A stretch of 64,000 bases of DNA, taken from contig JASMDC010000007.1 in the NCBI GenBank assembly GCA_030753015.1, positions 1 through 64,000 on the forward strand. Reading direction: 5' to 3'. The position numbers were made by a program, and so were the translations under genes. The notes under the pieces were generated by a model that did no database searches, was not told the DNA's origin, and worked only from the letters and a program-made list of their open reading frames with translations. The stretch is from Candidatus Undinarchaeales archaeon. GTDB lineage: Archaea > SpSt-1190 > JASMDC01. Of this stretch, positions 38,803 through 48,920 are shown piece after piece (positions within the stretch are counted from its first letter, which is position 1; every line of letters begins with the position of its first letter).

Positions 38803-40425
38803 TCACCACCACAGGACGCCGTTATCGGTCACGATGTGCCGACCGAACGTCTCGCCGGACCTGCCGAAGCTTTCGAACTCGAAAGGCCGGTCGATCTTGT
38901 CCTCGGAGATGCGGGACAGGTCGGACCGGGCAAAGCCGCCCTCGCCGACGCTCATCTCGCTCACCAGCACCTCGGGGCCGACACCGCTCACCGGTGCCCA
39001 CTGCGCGGACCACCAGCCGCCCTTGCCGCAGAAGCCCACGAAGTTGTCCTCGGTGGCGTCGTCGCCCAGGGCCTCGATCTTGCCCAGGACGTCGAGCGAG
39101 TAGCCCGACACGGCCGCGGCGTCCACGGCGTACTGGATCTCGCCGTTCTCCACCCAGTAGGCCTCGGAGGCCTTGACGGCGAACTGCCCAGTGGAGGTGT
39201 AGACGTAGCCGCCGCTGGAGCCGACGATGTACAGACCGGTGCCCAGCTGAGCCAGAAGCTCCTCGTGGGTGTTCTCCCCGTTCTCCAGGATGGTGTTGCG
39301 CATCCGGGGCATGGGATCGTAGGAGCCGTCCTGGGAGCGACCGTTGCCGGTGACGCCCATGTCGATTCCCATCCGGTTCGCGAGCTCAACGGCAGTGTGC
39401 CTGTCGGTCATGAACCCGGTCACGGCGCCATTCTCCATGATGGTCAGGTCGTTGGCCTTCATCATCTCGTTGTCGTAGTAGATGTTGCCATGGCCTCCGG
39501 GGAACTGGGCTATCTCTTTGATCGTGACGAAGTCCGGCGCGATGACCTCGCCGTACTTCTGGCCCAGACGGCCGCCTTCCAGGACGGCATCTGCCTCGGC
39601 CATGTGGCCCACCATCTCGTGGATGAACACGCCGGTGACCTTGCCGCCGAACATCACGCGCACCTTCTCGCCGTCCTTGACGGGCATCTTGTGAGCGTTG
39701 TACTGGATGCGGGCCTTGTTGAGAGCGCTGTAAGCGGTGCCCTTGAGACCGTCGAGCACCAGTTCTGCGCCGGAGGTGGTGCCGATGGAGTCGAACCCGG
39801 TGACCACCGTCTCGACCTCGTTGCCCTCCTCGTCGGTGACCTTCTTGGTCAGCTCGATCTGGACCGCCAGGTGGCCGAGCATGCGCTCCTCGCACAGGTG
39901 GTTGTTCAGGTTGTCCTGGTAGTCGTCGGTGGTCTCGGTCAGGGTGTACTGCACCTTCACGGTCTTGATGTCGGGGTTGGCGGCCTTGATCTCGTCGGCG
40001 ATCTGCTTCATGTAATCCTTGACCTGCGTCTGGTACTGGTGGGGGTCCTTCTCGAACTCAGCTGCACGGTACACGGTGCCGATGGCGGGACCACGGGCGT
40101 AGATGTTGTCGAAGAACGCGTCGTCCTTGTCACCGGTGAGCCGTCCGATGGCCGAGTTGATGCCCTTCTCCACGGTGGACGCGTCGTGGCCGTAGAGCGT
40201 CTGGTAGTTCTCGGACGTGCCCCGACCGGCGAATATCTTACCGGTGGTGGCGCTTTGCGTGGTGACATCGGGCTCGTCGAACACCGGCATACCGGCGCCG
40301 ACCGCGCTCGTGGAATAGAGTATCTTCGTCTTGTTCTCGCTCTGGCGATAGACCGACAGGAAGTTGGCGTCGAAGCCGCCCAAGTCCAGCTCGTCCATCG
40401 GTCCCGTATAAAACTCTTCAAACAT
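38803..40425 (-). CDS. tldD: TldD-family metalloprotease (third copy, no insertion)
   Basis: FIHEMVGHMAEAD, TGNGR, PRMRNT, GFCGKG. Confidence 0.88.
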   Translation of the reverse strand: MFEEFYTGPMDELDLGGFDANFLSVYRQSENKTKILYSTSAVGAGMPVFDEPDVTTQSATTGKIFAGRGTSENYQTLYGHDASTVEKGINSAIGRLTGDKDDAFFDNIYARGPAIGTVYRAAEFEKDPHQYQTQVKDYMKQIADEIKAANPDIKTVKVQYTLTETTDDYQDNLNNHLCEERMLGHLAVQIELTKKVTDEEGNEVETVVTGFDSIGTTSGAELVLDGLKGTAYSALNKARIQYNAHKMPVKDGEKVRVMFGGKVTGVFIHEMVGHMAEADAVLEGGRLGQKYGEVIAPDFVTIKEIAQFPGGHGNIYYDNEMMKANDLTIMENGAVTGFMTDRHTAVELANRMGIDMGVTGNGRSQDGSYDPMPRMRNTILENGENTHEELLAQLGTGLYIVGSSGGYVYTSTGQFAVKASEAYWVENGEIQYAVDAAAVSGYSLDVLGKIEALGDDATEDNFVGFCGKGGWWSAQWAPVSGVGPEVLVSEMSVGEGGFARSDLSRISEDKIDRPFEFESFGRSGETFGRHIVTDNGVLWW

Positions 40426-40491
40426 GTACCGTACCCCGTCAAATCCAGCAAGGGTCTACTTATTTATACCTTTTGAAAGGCCGCGGGGAAC

Positions 40492-41496
40492 GTGCGCATG
40501 TTCTTTCTCTTGTCAGGCGAGCATTATCCCCTCCCTCGTATGGAGCTCGAATCCTGCCTGGCGGCCGACGGCGTGCGCTGGCAAGAGGCCGGGTCGCTGG
40601 GCCGGGTGGCCCTGCTCGACCTCGACGGACCGCCGCCCACTCGCATGGGGCTGACGCCCGAGATCGGCGAGCTTGCGTGCACCGCCGACGACGCTGAGGG
40701 GCTGATCGCCGCCGTCACCGATTCCCCACTCGAGCTCGCAGGGAGCTTCGTGGTGCGTGCCTCCACCGTGCCCAAGGCCTTCGACTGTGGGGCCACCCGG
40801 CTCGAGCCGCGGCTGGGCGATGTCATCGGCGAGCGTACGGGAGCACCCGTCGACCTGCACGACCCGGACACCGTGCTCCGGGTGATCGCCACGCCCGAGG
40901 GTGCCGTGATGGGGCCGCGGGTACACCAGCGCGGGACGTTCGATGACCGCAAGTCCGACCGCAGACCGTACTTCCACCCGTCCAGCCTGGCCCCCAAGCT
41001 CGCCCGGGCCATGGTGAACCTCTCGGGCGCCCGGTCCCAAAAGACCCTGCTCGATCCGTTCTGCGGGACGGGGGGTATCCCCATCGAGGCCGCCATGGTC
41101 GGGTGCCGGGTGCTGGCGTCCGACATCGACCCCAAGATGGTGGCGGGCACCAAGGCCAACCTCGACCACCTGGACCTGGAGGCGTCCATGGCCACCGGCG
41201 ACGCGCGGCACGTGACCGAGTTGTTCGGCGAGGGCAGCGTGGACTGCATAGCGACCGATCCGCCCTATGGCAGGGCCGCGTCCACGTGGGGCGTCGGCCT
41301 CAAGGACCTGTTCTCCGAGGTGTTCCCGGCATTGTTCGCCGTGCTCCGGCCCGGCGGGTTGATGTGCATGGGCGCGCCGCAGCAGGTACCGCTGGAGACG
41401 CTGTGCCGTGACGTGGGGTTTAAGTATTTGCAGGGTGTCCGAATCCGCGTCCACGGGAGCCTGACCCGGCACATCTGCGTGGCGGAGCGTCCATGA
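40492..41496 (+). CDS. trm11: tRNA (guanine(10)-N2)-methyltransferase Trm11
   Basis: LSGEH, THUMP region, RRPYFHP.SL.PKLARAMVNL, DPFCGTG, TDPPYG, RVHGSLTR. Confidence 0.9.
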   Translation: MRMFFLLSGEHYPLPRMELESCLAADGVRWQEAGSLGRVALLDLDGPPPTRMGLTPEIGELACTADDAEGLIAAVTDSPLELAGSFVVRASTVPKAFDCGATRLEPRLGDVIGERTGAPVDLHDPDTVLRVIATPEGAVMGPRVHQRGTFDDRKSDRRPYFHPSSLAPKLARAMVNLSGARSQKTLLDPFCGTGGIPIEAAMVGCRVLASDIDPKMVAGTKANLDHLDLEASMATGDARHVTELFGEGSVDCIATDPPYGRAASTWGVGLKDLFSEVFPALFAVLRPGGLMCMGAPQQVPLETLCRDVGFKYLQGVRIRVHGSLTRHICVAERP

Positions 41497-42395
41497 CAAT
41501 GAAACTCACCATGCTCGGGACCGCCGCAGGTGCACCGACCCCGGAGCGGGGGCACACCGGAGTTGTCCTCTCTCACGAGGGCCGTGTGTTCCTGTTCGAT
41601 TGCGGGGAGAACGCCCAGGTCAAGCTCCAGGAGGCCGGGGCCAAGTTCATGCGCATCAACGAGGTATTCATCACCCACTTCCACGGTGACCACTTCTTCG
41701 GCCTGCCCGGGTTCCTGTTCTCCATGTCGCTGGCCGAGCGGACCAAGGGCATCGCCCTCTACGGCCCCCGTGGCGCAGCCGTGGAGTTCGACCGTGTCGC
41801 CACCATGGGCCACCAGCAGCTCAAGTACGTCATCGAGTCCCACGAGGTCCGTTCCGGCGTGGTGTATTCCACGGACAGGTTCCGTGTCGAGGCCTCTCCC
41901 GTGGAGCACGGGAACGTCCCCGCCGTCGCCTACGCGTTCATCGAGGAGGACCGGTTCAAGATCGATCGGGCCAAGGCAGCGGAGCTCGGTCTGGAGAACT
42001 CGCCACACCTCTCCCGCCTGCAGATGGGCAGGACCGTGGAGCATGACGGAGGTACCGTCGGACCCGATGACGTGGCGTCGCGCGTCGTCCCCGGGCGAAA
42101 GGTCGTCTACTCGGGCGACACCCGGCCGTGCGGTGCCGTGCGCAAGCTCGCCCAGGGCGCCGATGTCCTTGTGCATGAGTCCACCTACTCGGCAACGGAT
42201 GCGGACCGGGCCAAGGAGTTCGGCCACTCCACCACCGTGGAGGCCGCCACCGTCGCCAGAGAGGCCGGTGTCAAACGATTGATACTCACCCACATCAGCA
42301 AGCGGTACGATGATCCCGACGCCCTGCTCGCAGAGGCACGGGAGGTCTTCCCCGCAACCGACATCGCTTTCGACCTTATGTCACTGGAGGTATGA
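41493..42395 (+). CDS. rnz: Ribonuclease Z
   Basis: LGT....PT.ER, FDCGE, THFHGDH, YSGDT, HEST, GHST, LTHIS.RY. Confidence 0.95.
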   Translation: MTMKLTMLGTAAGAPTPERGHTGVVLSHEGRVFLFDCGENAQVKLQEAGAKFMRINEVFITHFHGDHFFGLPGFLFSMSLAERTKGIALYGPRGAAVEFDRVATMGHQQLKYVIESHEVRSGVVYSTDRFRVEASPVEHGNVPAVAYAFIEEDRFKIDRAKAAELGLENSPHLSRLQMGRTVEHDGGTVGPDDVASRVVPGRKVVYSGDTRPCGAVRKLAQGADVLVHESTYSATDADRAKEFGHSTTVEAATVAREAGVKRLILTHISKRYDDPDALLAEAREVFPATDIAFDLMSLEV

Positions 42396-43114
42396 TCATG
42401 GAACTACGTATAGTCGTCGACAAGGAATCGCGGTTCGAGAGACCGGTGCTCATCGAGGGGTTCCGGGGCTCGGGGATGGTGAGCAATATCGCCTCCCACT
42501 ACATCTCTACAGCGCTCAAGATGGAGCGGATGGGGCACTTCGAGTCAGACATACTCCCACCCGTGGCCGTTGTGCACGAGAACACGGCCAGCCACCCGTT
42601 CCGCATCTACCAGTCGCAGCCGCATGAGCTGTACCTCATGACGAGCGAGTTCAGGATGCCGCGTACGCTGGTGTTCTCGGCAGCACGGACCATCTCGGAC
42701 TGGGCAAAGGTCCACGACGTGGGGACTGTGATCTCGATCGAGGGCGTGAAGTCCAAGAAGGAGGCCGACAACAGGGTCTACGCCATGACCAACGACCCGG
42801 GCCTGAGCGAGCGGGCCAAGGAGGCCAAGATCAACGTAATCGACCACGGGATGATCGGCGGCATCTCGGGCACCCTGCTCCTGGAGTGCACCAAGCGCCG
42901 TATCCCCACCATGAGCCTCCTGATCCGGACCCGGGAGGACTTCTCCGATGCCCGGGCCGCAGCGCACCTCATCATGGCGATCGATTCCATGTACGGTTGG
43001 GGCATCGATGCCAAGCCGCTGCTCGACGGCGCAACGCGCATCGAGGACCGGCTCGACCAGGTGATCCACGAGGTGTCGCAGAGCACACCCGACGAGCCCA
43101 GCATGTTCAGGTGA
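42392..43114 (+). CDS. Proteasome assembly chaperone (PAC2 family)
   Basis: LIEGF.G.GMV..IA, P.RIY, G.IGG.SG.LL, DARAAA. Confidence 0.85.
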   Translation: MIMELRIVVDKESRFERPVLIEGFRGSGMVSNIASHYISTALKMERMGHFESDILPPVAVVHENTASHPFRIYQSQPHELYLMTSEFRMPRTLVFSAARTISDWAKVHDVGTVISIEGVKSKKEADNRVYAMTNDPGLSERAKEAKINVIDHGMIGGISGTLLLECTKRRIPTMSLLIRTREDFSDARAAAHLIMAIDSMYGWGIDAKPLLDGATRIEDRLDQVIHEVSQSTPDEPSMFR

Positions 43115-43121
43115 CCGCACG

Positions 43122-43817
43122 ATGACCGCTCCCACCGTTGTGTTCGATGCGTCGCATGACGAGTACTTCTCCATCAGAAAGCGCGAGGATCCGTCGTACC
43201 GGCTCCTTGCCCGCCAGCTGGTGGCCGGTGGGATGGGCGTAAAGGAGGCCGGCGAGCTCGATGACGGGTTCGCGGGCGATGTGCTCGTCGTGGCGGTGCC
43301 GCGGAGGGCGTTCCAACCGGCCGAGAGCGCGGCCGTCCAGGAGTTCGTCAAGAACGGCGGCGGGCTCGTGCTCGTGGGGATGGGCGGCGGGCTCCACCAG
43401 AGCTCTCTAGTCCTCAACGCGCTGGCGTTCAGGTTCGGGATGGTGTTCGGCGAGGAGCTGCTGCACCACGATCCTGACCGGCTGAACGCGCTGCGCAAGG
43501 ACCAGGTCCACGCGGCCCATACCGTGCTCCTGCGCCACCCGGTGCTCGAGGGCGTGGGGACCGTGAGAGTGAGGTTCGGGTGCTCGGTGACCAGCGACGG
43601 GAACGCGCCGGTCTGGGTTGGCGACGAACCGCTCGAGGAGCGGTCCATGGCGGCGCTCGAGGCCGCACACTATTACCCCGTTCTCGCCCTCCAGGAGGAG
43701 GGCAAGGGCCGTGTCGTCGCCCTGGGCGACGCGTCCCTGCTCGACAGCCGCTACGTGCGCGGGAGCGCCCGGCTGGCGGGGAACATCATGACCTGGGCAG
43801 CAGGTGATACACCATGA
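43122..43817 (+). CDS. GIFT/GldG/DUF4350-like domain protein
   Basis: VFDASHDE, FV.NGGGL.L.G, GKGRVVALGD. Confidence 0.7.
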   Translation: MTAPTVVFDASHDEYFSIRKREDPSYRLLARQLVAGGMGVKEAGELDDGFAGDVLVVAVPRRAFQPAESAAVQEFVKNGGGLVLVGMGGGLHQSSLVLNALAFRFGMVFGEELLHHDPDRLNALRKDQVHAAHTVLLRHPVLEGVGTVRVRFGCSVTSDGNAPVWVGDEPLEERSMAALEAAHYYPVLALQEEGKGRVVALGDASLLDSRYVRGSARLAGNIMTWAAGDTP

Positions 43818-44314
43818 GCATGCAGAACATAGTCGAACGGTTCATGAAGAAGGAGGAGCACAGGCCGCTCGGGCCCGAGCCCAGCGCGCCGCCGCCCCCG
43901 CCGGGCACGCAGCCCACACTGGGTCCCGAGAACCCCCAGGGGATGGGAGCGCCGCCGCCGATGGCACCGCTCAACCCCTTCTCCCCGCTCAAGGAGCACC
44001 AGTCGCCGATGTCGACGCCCATGCAGCCGCCGCTGGGACCCAATGGGATGCCCCTTCAGGCGCCGCAGGGGGGCCCGCTGGCACCGCCCGGCTCGGTCCC
44101 CGGAGCGCAGCCGCAGGGCAGCATGAATGACCTGCTGGGCCTCATGCAGGGGGCCGCCCCGGCGGGCGCCGCCCCGGCCGCGGTACCGGCCGCCAGCGAG
44201 GAGGCCATAAAGCGGCTCGAGCAGCGCATCGAAATGCTCGACAAGAAGATGGACATCATCGACGGCCAGCTCAAGAACATCTGGAACCTCCTGCAGACCT
44301 GGCGGCGCGGTTGA
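43814..44314 (+). CDS. Pro-rich protein with C-terminal coiled coil
   Basis: ATGA-coupled in operon; heptad C-terminus. Confidence 0.7.
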   Translation: MSMQNIVERFMKKEEHRPLGPEPSAPPPPPGTQPTLGPENPQGMGAPPPMAPLNPFSPLKEHQSPMSTPMQPPLGPNGMPLQAPQGGPLAPPGSVPGAQPQGSMNDLLGLMQGAAPAGAAPAAVPAASEEAIKRLEQRIEMLDKKMDIIDGQLKNIWNLLQTWRRG

Positions 44315-45117
44315 TGATGGACCCGGCCGGTTTCGTGCGGACGTACTTCCTCGACCCGATCCGCACGGGCTCCGGCTACAACATGGTCAACACGACCGCG
44401 TACGCTCTTGGCTTCGTGGCGTTCATCTACGTCATCTTCGAGGGCCTCAAGCGCAAGCGCATCACGGTCGAACGGTTCGCCCTGGCGTTCGCACCGTACA
44501 TCGTGCTCACGTGCCTTGTACGCGCGCTGGTGGACATCCACGTGTACCCGCGGTCCATCTTTACCGTCAGCCCCGGTATCTACGGGACATCGTTCATCGT
44601 GACGGTCATCTCCATCGCGATCGGGTACCAGATCGAGCGCGTGAACAAGACCCCCTGGGACAAGGCGTCGGCTTACATCGGTACGGTGCTCCTGCTCATG
44701 CACCTGCCGCTGATCGTCTGGCTGCGTCCCATGGCGTTCGCTGCCATCTTCGGTCTCACTGCCCTGTGCACCCTCTTCGTGTACCAGGTGGTCGCGCTCT
44801 CCGGGCGGGAGGACCTGCTCGTCCCCGAGAACGTAGGAGTGATCGCGGGCCAGCTCCTCGACGCCTCGGCGACCTACATCGGCCTGGCCTTCATCGGGTT
44901 CAAGGAGCAGCACGTAATCCCCAACCTCCTGTTCAATATGGCCGGAACACCACTGATCTTCCTTCCGGTGAAGGCCGCGCTCGCCGTGCTGGTCGTATAT
45001 GTCGTGGACAAGGACGTGGACGACAGGCAGATGGCCCGGTTCGTGAAGCTGGCGGCGTTCGTGCTCGGGTTCGGGCCGGGGCTGCGCGACGCGTTCCAGG
45101 TTCTCATGGCGGGGTAG
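44311..45117 (+). CDS. DUF63-family membrane protein
   Basis: GYN.VNT..YA, QLLDASATYIG, EQHV, LG.GPGLRD. Confidence 0.85.
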   Translation: MMMDPAGFVRTYFLDPIRTGSGYNMVNTTAYALGFVAFIYVIFEGLKRKRITVERFALAFAPYIVLTCLVRALVDIHVYPRSIFTVSPGIYGTSFIVTVISIAIGYQIERVNKTPWDKASAYIGTVLLLMHLPLIVWLRPMAFAAIFGLTALCTLFVYQVVALSGREDLLVPENVGVIAGQLLDASATYIGLAFIGFKEQHVIPNLLFNMAGTPLIFLPVKAALAVLVVYVVDKDVDDRQMARFVKLAAFVLGFGPGLRDAFQVLMAG

Positions 45118-45204
45118 AGGTCGCGAGTGACCCTGTAATCTACTGGTATCATCTGCGCCCGTCCGGCCGATAGGGTTTTAACGCTGTTCCGATCCAACGC
45201 ACCC

Positions 45205-46314
45205 ATGATCGAGGACCTCCTCGCACGGCTCGTGGCCGTCCCCTCGCCCTACCCCGAGGAGGGGGCCATCGGGGACCTGCTCGCCGACCTGCTGCAAGAA
45301 CGCGGCTTTTCGGTCGAACGCCAGCGGGTGGCCGATGGACGCGCCAATGTCCTTGGTACGAAGGGTAGCGGCCCGTCATTGCTGTTCCTGGGTCACATGG
45401 ACACCGTGGCGCCGGAGCCGGGATGGGAGAATCCCTACGCCATTCGCAGGGACGGTGGCCGTATCCTGGGGCTCGGGGCACACGATATGAAGGGCGGCAT
45501 CACCTGCCTCCTCTCTGCGCTCGAGGGGGCCGACACACCTCATGCGGTGAAAGTGGCGTTCACCGTGGACGAGGAGAACGTCAGCCAGGGCGCCCACGTG
45601 CTCGACCGGAGCGGATTCCTCGACGACGTCGCCGGGTGCGTGTCCGTGGAGTCGGCGGAGCTGGGCGGTCTGGAGGAGGCATGCCTGGGCCGACGGGGCC
45701 GGACGGTGCTCCAGGTGGACCTGTACGGCAGGCCCGCTCATGCCGCGGCGCCGCAGGACGGGGCCAACGCCGTGACCGCGGCAGCATCGGTGCTCCTGGC
45801 GCTGGGCGACGTGCCCCTGGCCATCCACGAGCGACTTGGCCCCGCGAGCCTGACCCCGCTGGGCATCCACGCCGAGGCGCGGGGGCTCACCGTCCCCGAG
45901 CGGTGCACGCTCACCCTCGACCGGCACCTGGTCCCGCCCGAGACGCCCGAGAGCGCGCTGGCCGAGCTGCGAGAGAGGCTGCCGGACATGCTCGAGGGCG
46001 TGCGCGTGGAGGCGCGCCTGGCCGACCGGCCCACGCCCTTCCTGCGCCCGTACTGGACCGCACCGGACTCCGCCATCGCTCGTACCGTGGCCCAAGCGAT
46101 CAGGACCGTTGTCGGGAAGGACGCCGTGTGGCTTGCAGGTTCTTCCGTCGCCGACGAGAACGCGGTGGGCGCCCGGGGCATCCCCACAGTGGTGTACGGC
46201 CCCCTGGGCGGCAGGGACCACACCAAGCACGAGTGGGTGGACGCCTCCAGCCTGCCGGTGGTCCGCGACGTGCTGGCCCGCGTGCTGGCCGGATGGACAC
46301 CGCAGTTGGACTGA
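45205..46314 (+). CDS. M20 metallopeptidase (ArgE/DapE-like)
   Basis: GHMDTV, GLGAHDMKGG, DEE, H...E. Confidence 0.88.
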   Translation: MIEDLLARLVAVPSPYPEEGAIGDLLADLLQERGFSVERQRVADGRANVLGTKGSGPSLLFLGHMDTVAPEPGWENPYAIRRDGGRILGLGAHDMKGGITCLLSALEGADTPHAVKVAFTVDEENVSQGAHVLDRSGFLDDVAGCVSVESAELGGLEEACLGRRGRTVLQVDLYGRPAHAAAPQDGANAVTAAASVLLALGDVPLAIHERLGPASLTPLGIHAEARGLTVPERCTLTLDRHLVPPETPESALAELRERLPDMLEGVRVEARLADRPTPFLRPYWTAPDSAIARTVAQAIRTVVGKDAVWLAGSSVADENAVGARGIPTVVYGPLGGRDHTKHEWVDASSLPVVRDVLARVLAGWTPQLD

Positions 46315-46360
46315 GGCGCGAAGTGGTCCCCCGGGGGTCCACTAGAATGCAACGCTCGGA

Positions 46361-47323
46361 TCAGTCGTCCCCGGGAGCCTCGTTGACATCGCCGAAGAGG
46401 CCGTCCACGAGCCGCTGGCTCGCGGTCCTGACGGGAAATGAGACCACGAGCACGCATCCCGCGGAGAACAGTCCCGAGAGGCGGAGCTCGCCCAGGTACC
46501 GGGTGGCAAGGAACTCCTCGAGCACCTCCTCGACGACCAGGAATACGACGGTGAGGGCTACGCTCAGGAACGTGTACACAAAGCTCCTTCTCACGATGAT
46601 CTCGATATCGAGCAGATGGTCCTTCACGATACCGTAAGCGATCGTACCACCCGTAAGGGTCATGAACACGATCCCTACGTTCACCTTGAGCGGCAGGGAC
46701 AGGACGGCAGTGCTTATGACCATGATGCCATAGCCGATGAACGGGAAGAGGCATCCAAGGAGGAAGTACGACGACCGCCGCTTCAGCTCGGGATCCTTCA
46801 CCTGCCTGAAGGTGAGCGTGAAGATGGCGATAGGAAGGAACGACAGGAGACCCTGAGCGTTGTTGAACACCATCATGAGCCCTGATGGAGCGAGGAAGAC
46901 GCCGCTGTACAGGCCGAACATCGACTCGTCCGCCTCGACGACGTTGGCGAAGAGGCGGTCCGGGGCGAGGATGATGGCCGCGAGGAAGAGGACAGGGACC
47001 GCATAGATGACCAGGAGCCTCTTGTCCTGTAGGAAGGTGCCCCTGCTCCGGTAGAGCAGAGCAAAATGGGAGAGGACCGTGAGCGTGATGGCGGTGCTGA
47101 TGAAATGGACCGACATCCACGTGGTCCATGTGCCTATGTCCAGGCTGCATGACGCCATGGCGGCACCGACAGCGATCATGGAGGTGAAGAACAGGCACGC
47201 GGCGTTCATTTGCACGAACAGTCCTTTCTCACGCTTGTGGAGCAGGAACATCGACAGGCCGAGACAAACGAGGAAGGAGATGAAGTAGGGGACAGACCAG
47301 AGGTTGAGGAAATAGCCCGTCAT
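46361..47323 (-). CDS. HisKA_7TM-like membrane sensor without output domain
   Basis: 7TM sensor pattern ending YGIVKDHLLDIEIIVRRS, two more TMs, then stop. Confidence 0.7.
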   Translation of the reverse strand: MTGYFLNLWSVPYFISFLVCLGLSMFLLHKREKGLFVQMNAACLFFTSMIAVGAAMASCSLDIGTWTTWMSVHFISTAITLTVLSHFALLYRSRGTFLQDKRLLVIYAVPVLFLAAIILAPDRLFANVVEADESMFGLYSGVFLAPSGLMMVFNNAQGLLSFLPIAIFTLTFRQVKDPELKRRSSYFLLGCLFPFIGYGIMVISTAVLSLPLKVNVGIVFMTLTGGTIAYGIVKDHLLDIEIIVRRSFVYTFLSVALTVVFLVVEEVLEEFLATRYLGELRLSGLFSAGCVLVVSFPVRTASQRLVDGLFGDVNEAPGDD

Positions 47324-47395
47324 CGGACGTCATACCGTGGACTATCCTTAAAAGTTAGTGCGCTGCGTGCTCGCCGAGCGGCTATCGCCCTCCCC

Positions 47396-47410
47396 GTAAG
47401 GTTTATATCC
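47396..47410 (+). promoter_or_regulatory. BRE-TATA promoter with no plausible CDS downstream
   Basis: GTAAGG-TTTATAT. Confidence 0.55.
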
Positions 47411-47430
47411 CTGGATGATCCCAATCCAGC

Positions 47431-47725
47431 TACCTCCGGCCAACAGGGACTATTGTCCAGTGGCTGTAACAAGGTTCTATCCATCATCGGGGATCGCTAC
47501 CATGGCGGTCCCCTTTGGTGGCCCCTGTCTTTTCCGGCCGAGAGTGTTGCTATTCCAAGCCGTCCCTGAGAGGAGTAACCAGATGGTTGACCCTCGGCTC
47601 AGACACCTCGTGCGGCCATCGGGGACGCTGTCCCCGTACATTAACATGTGGTCTTATCATCGCCGGGGGTCGCCGATACGGTGGCCCCCGCCGGTGAAAT
47701 CGTTCTATGACGACCGGGAGGGGTA
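47431..47725 (+). ncRNA. Candidate ~295-nt structured ncRNA of unknown family
   Basis: Several long helices with G-U pairs on the + strand, 5'/3' end pairing, upstream TATA. Confidence 0.5.
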
Positions 47726-47817
47726 CTATTTCTGTATGGTCCGGCCGTGCCCTGACGCGCCCAAACAGTAACTTTTTATACCCCGTCCCCTGCCGTGGAG
47801 CGTTGGCGGGGTATGCC

Positions 47818-48531
47818 ATGTACTTGATGGAGGAGTCAAATGATGCACCCGGTGATGAGGGGACCTCGGACCTCCTAGTTCTGTACGACATGGACGGAAC
47901 CCTGTTGCAGGGGGATGGCCTGCGTAACGTGTACGAAGGCATAGGTGGCGAACCCCTGGACAACGTGGAGGAGGCACATGCACGGTACGGGAACGGCGAG
48001 ATCGGCTACTTCGATCTGCATCGGGCATCGATGGAGAACCTCAAAGGCGTCGAGGCCTCGCTCGCACAAGAGCTGGCTGGGGCGACACCTCTCTTCGAGG
48101 ACGCGACGGTGATCGTCGATTACATGGTCGCTCGTGGCTACGACCAGTCCATCCTCTCCCACAGCCCGACGGACCTCATAGCACCGCACGCCCAAAGATT
48201 GGGGATCGGGACCTACTTCGGCGTCGACATGGTCTGCGAGGGCGGTCGTTATACCGGAGATACGAACACAGCGTCCAACTACACACGGACCCTTCTGAGC
48301 GACATGGACGCCAAGGCCACGGTCATGAGGGACCTGGCACAAGGTCGGAAGGTGATCGCCTTCGGGAACGGCAGCAACGACTACAGTATGCTCGATGCCG
48401 CGGACATGGGCTTCGCCATACACGCAAACCAGCATCTTCGGGAACTGGTGGAGGACGGGGACAGCCAGAACATCTACTTGGTGGACTCGTTCGAGGAGGC
48501 GATAGAGGTCCTTGATAGGGAGCTTGGATGA
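47818..48531 (+). CDS. HAD-IB family hydrolase (SerB-like)
   Basis: YDMDGTL, LS, K, GNGSNDYSML. Confidence 0.85.
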   Translation: MYLMEESNDAPGDEGTSDLLVLYDMDGTLLQGDGLRNVYEGIGGEPLDNVEEAHARYGNGEIGYFDLHRASMENLKGVEASLAQELAGATPLFEDATVIVDYMVARGYDQSILSHSPTDLIAPHAQRLGIGTYFGVDMVCEGGRYTGDTNTASNYTRTLLSDMDAKATVMRDLAQGRKVIAFGNGSNDYSMLDAADMGFAIHANQHLRELVEDGDSQNIYLVDSFEEAIEVLDRELG

Positions 48532-48604
48532 GCGCTCTACCGGGACCGGACGTCCGCGCACCGACCAAAAACCTTTAGTACCACGAGGGACACATACCCT
48601 TATC

Positions 48605-48907
48605 ATGGTCCAGCAGGACTTAGCCGTGATCCGTGAGCGCATCCGCGTCGCGCTCGCCCCCTACAAGGCGAAGCTGGAGAGGAAGAAGCCCACCGACGGC
48701 GACATCATCACCAACCTCCTGTGGCGTTTTAGGAGCCAGCCGTCCCACCACATCGACCTTCTCGTGCTAGAAGCGTGCTCCGAGCTGAGGAACAAGGACC
48801 CGGACATCACCGAGGCCGATATCAACGCGATCATCGCCAAGTACTCCAAGAAGGCACAGGCCTTGGTGGCCGAGCTGGGCGACCTCCAGCCGGCCGGGCT
48901 GGGCTGA
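48605..48907 (+). CDS. Hypothetical protein
   Basis: TATA-like site upstream, coding-like codon bias. Confidence 0.65.
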   Translation: MVQQDLAVIRERIRVALAPYKAKLERKKPTDGDIITNLLWRFRSQPSHHIDLLVLEACSELRNKDPDITEADINAIIAKYSKKAQALVAELGDLQPAGLG

Positions 48908-48920
48908 CCCGACCCCGACA

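Noticed and set aside
47431-47725. SRP RNA or RNase P RNA, given the ~300-nt size
   Set aside because: No helix-8 CCAGG..GGAA..AGCAG motif and no GAGGAAAGUCC motif on either strand.
47415-47771. 118-aa ORF over the candidate ncRNA
   Set aside because: ATG is only ~7 nt from the TATA box, codon use is atypical and no motifs are present.
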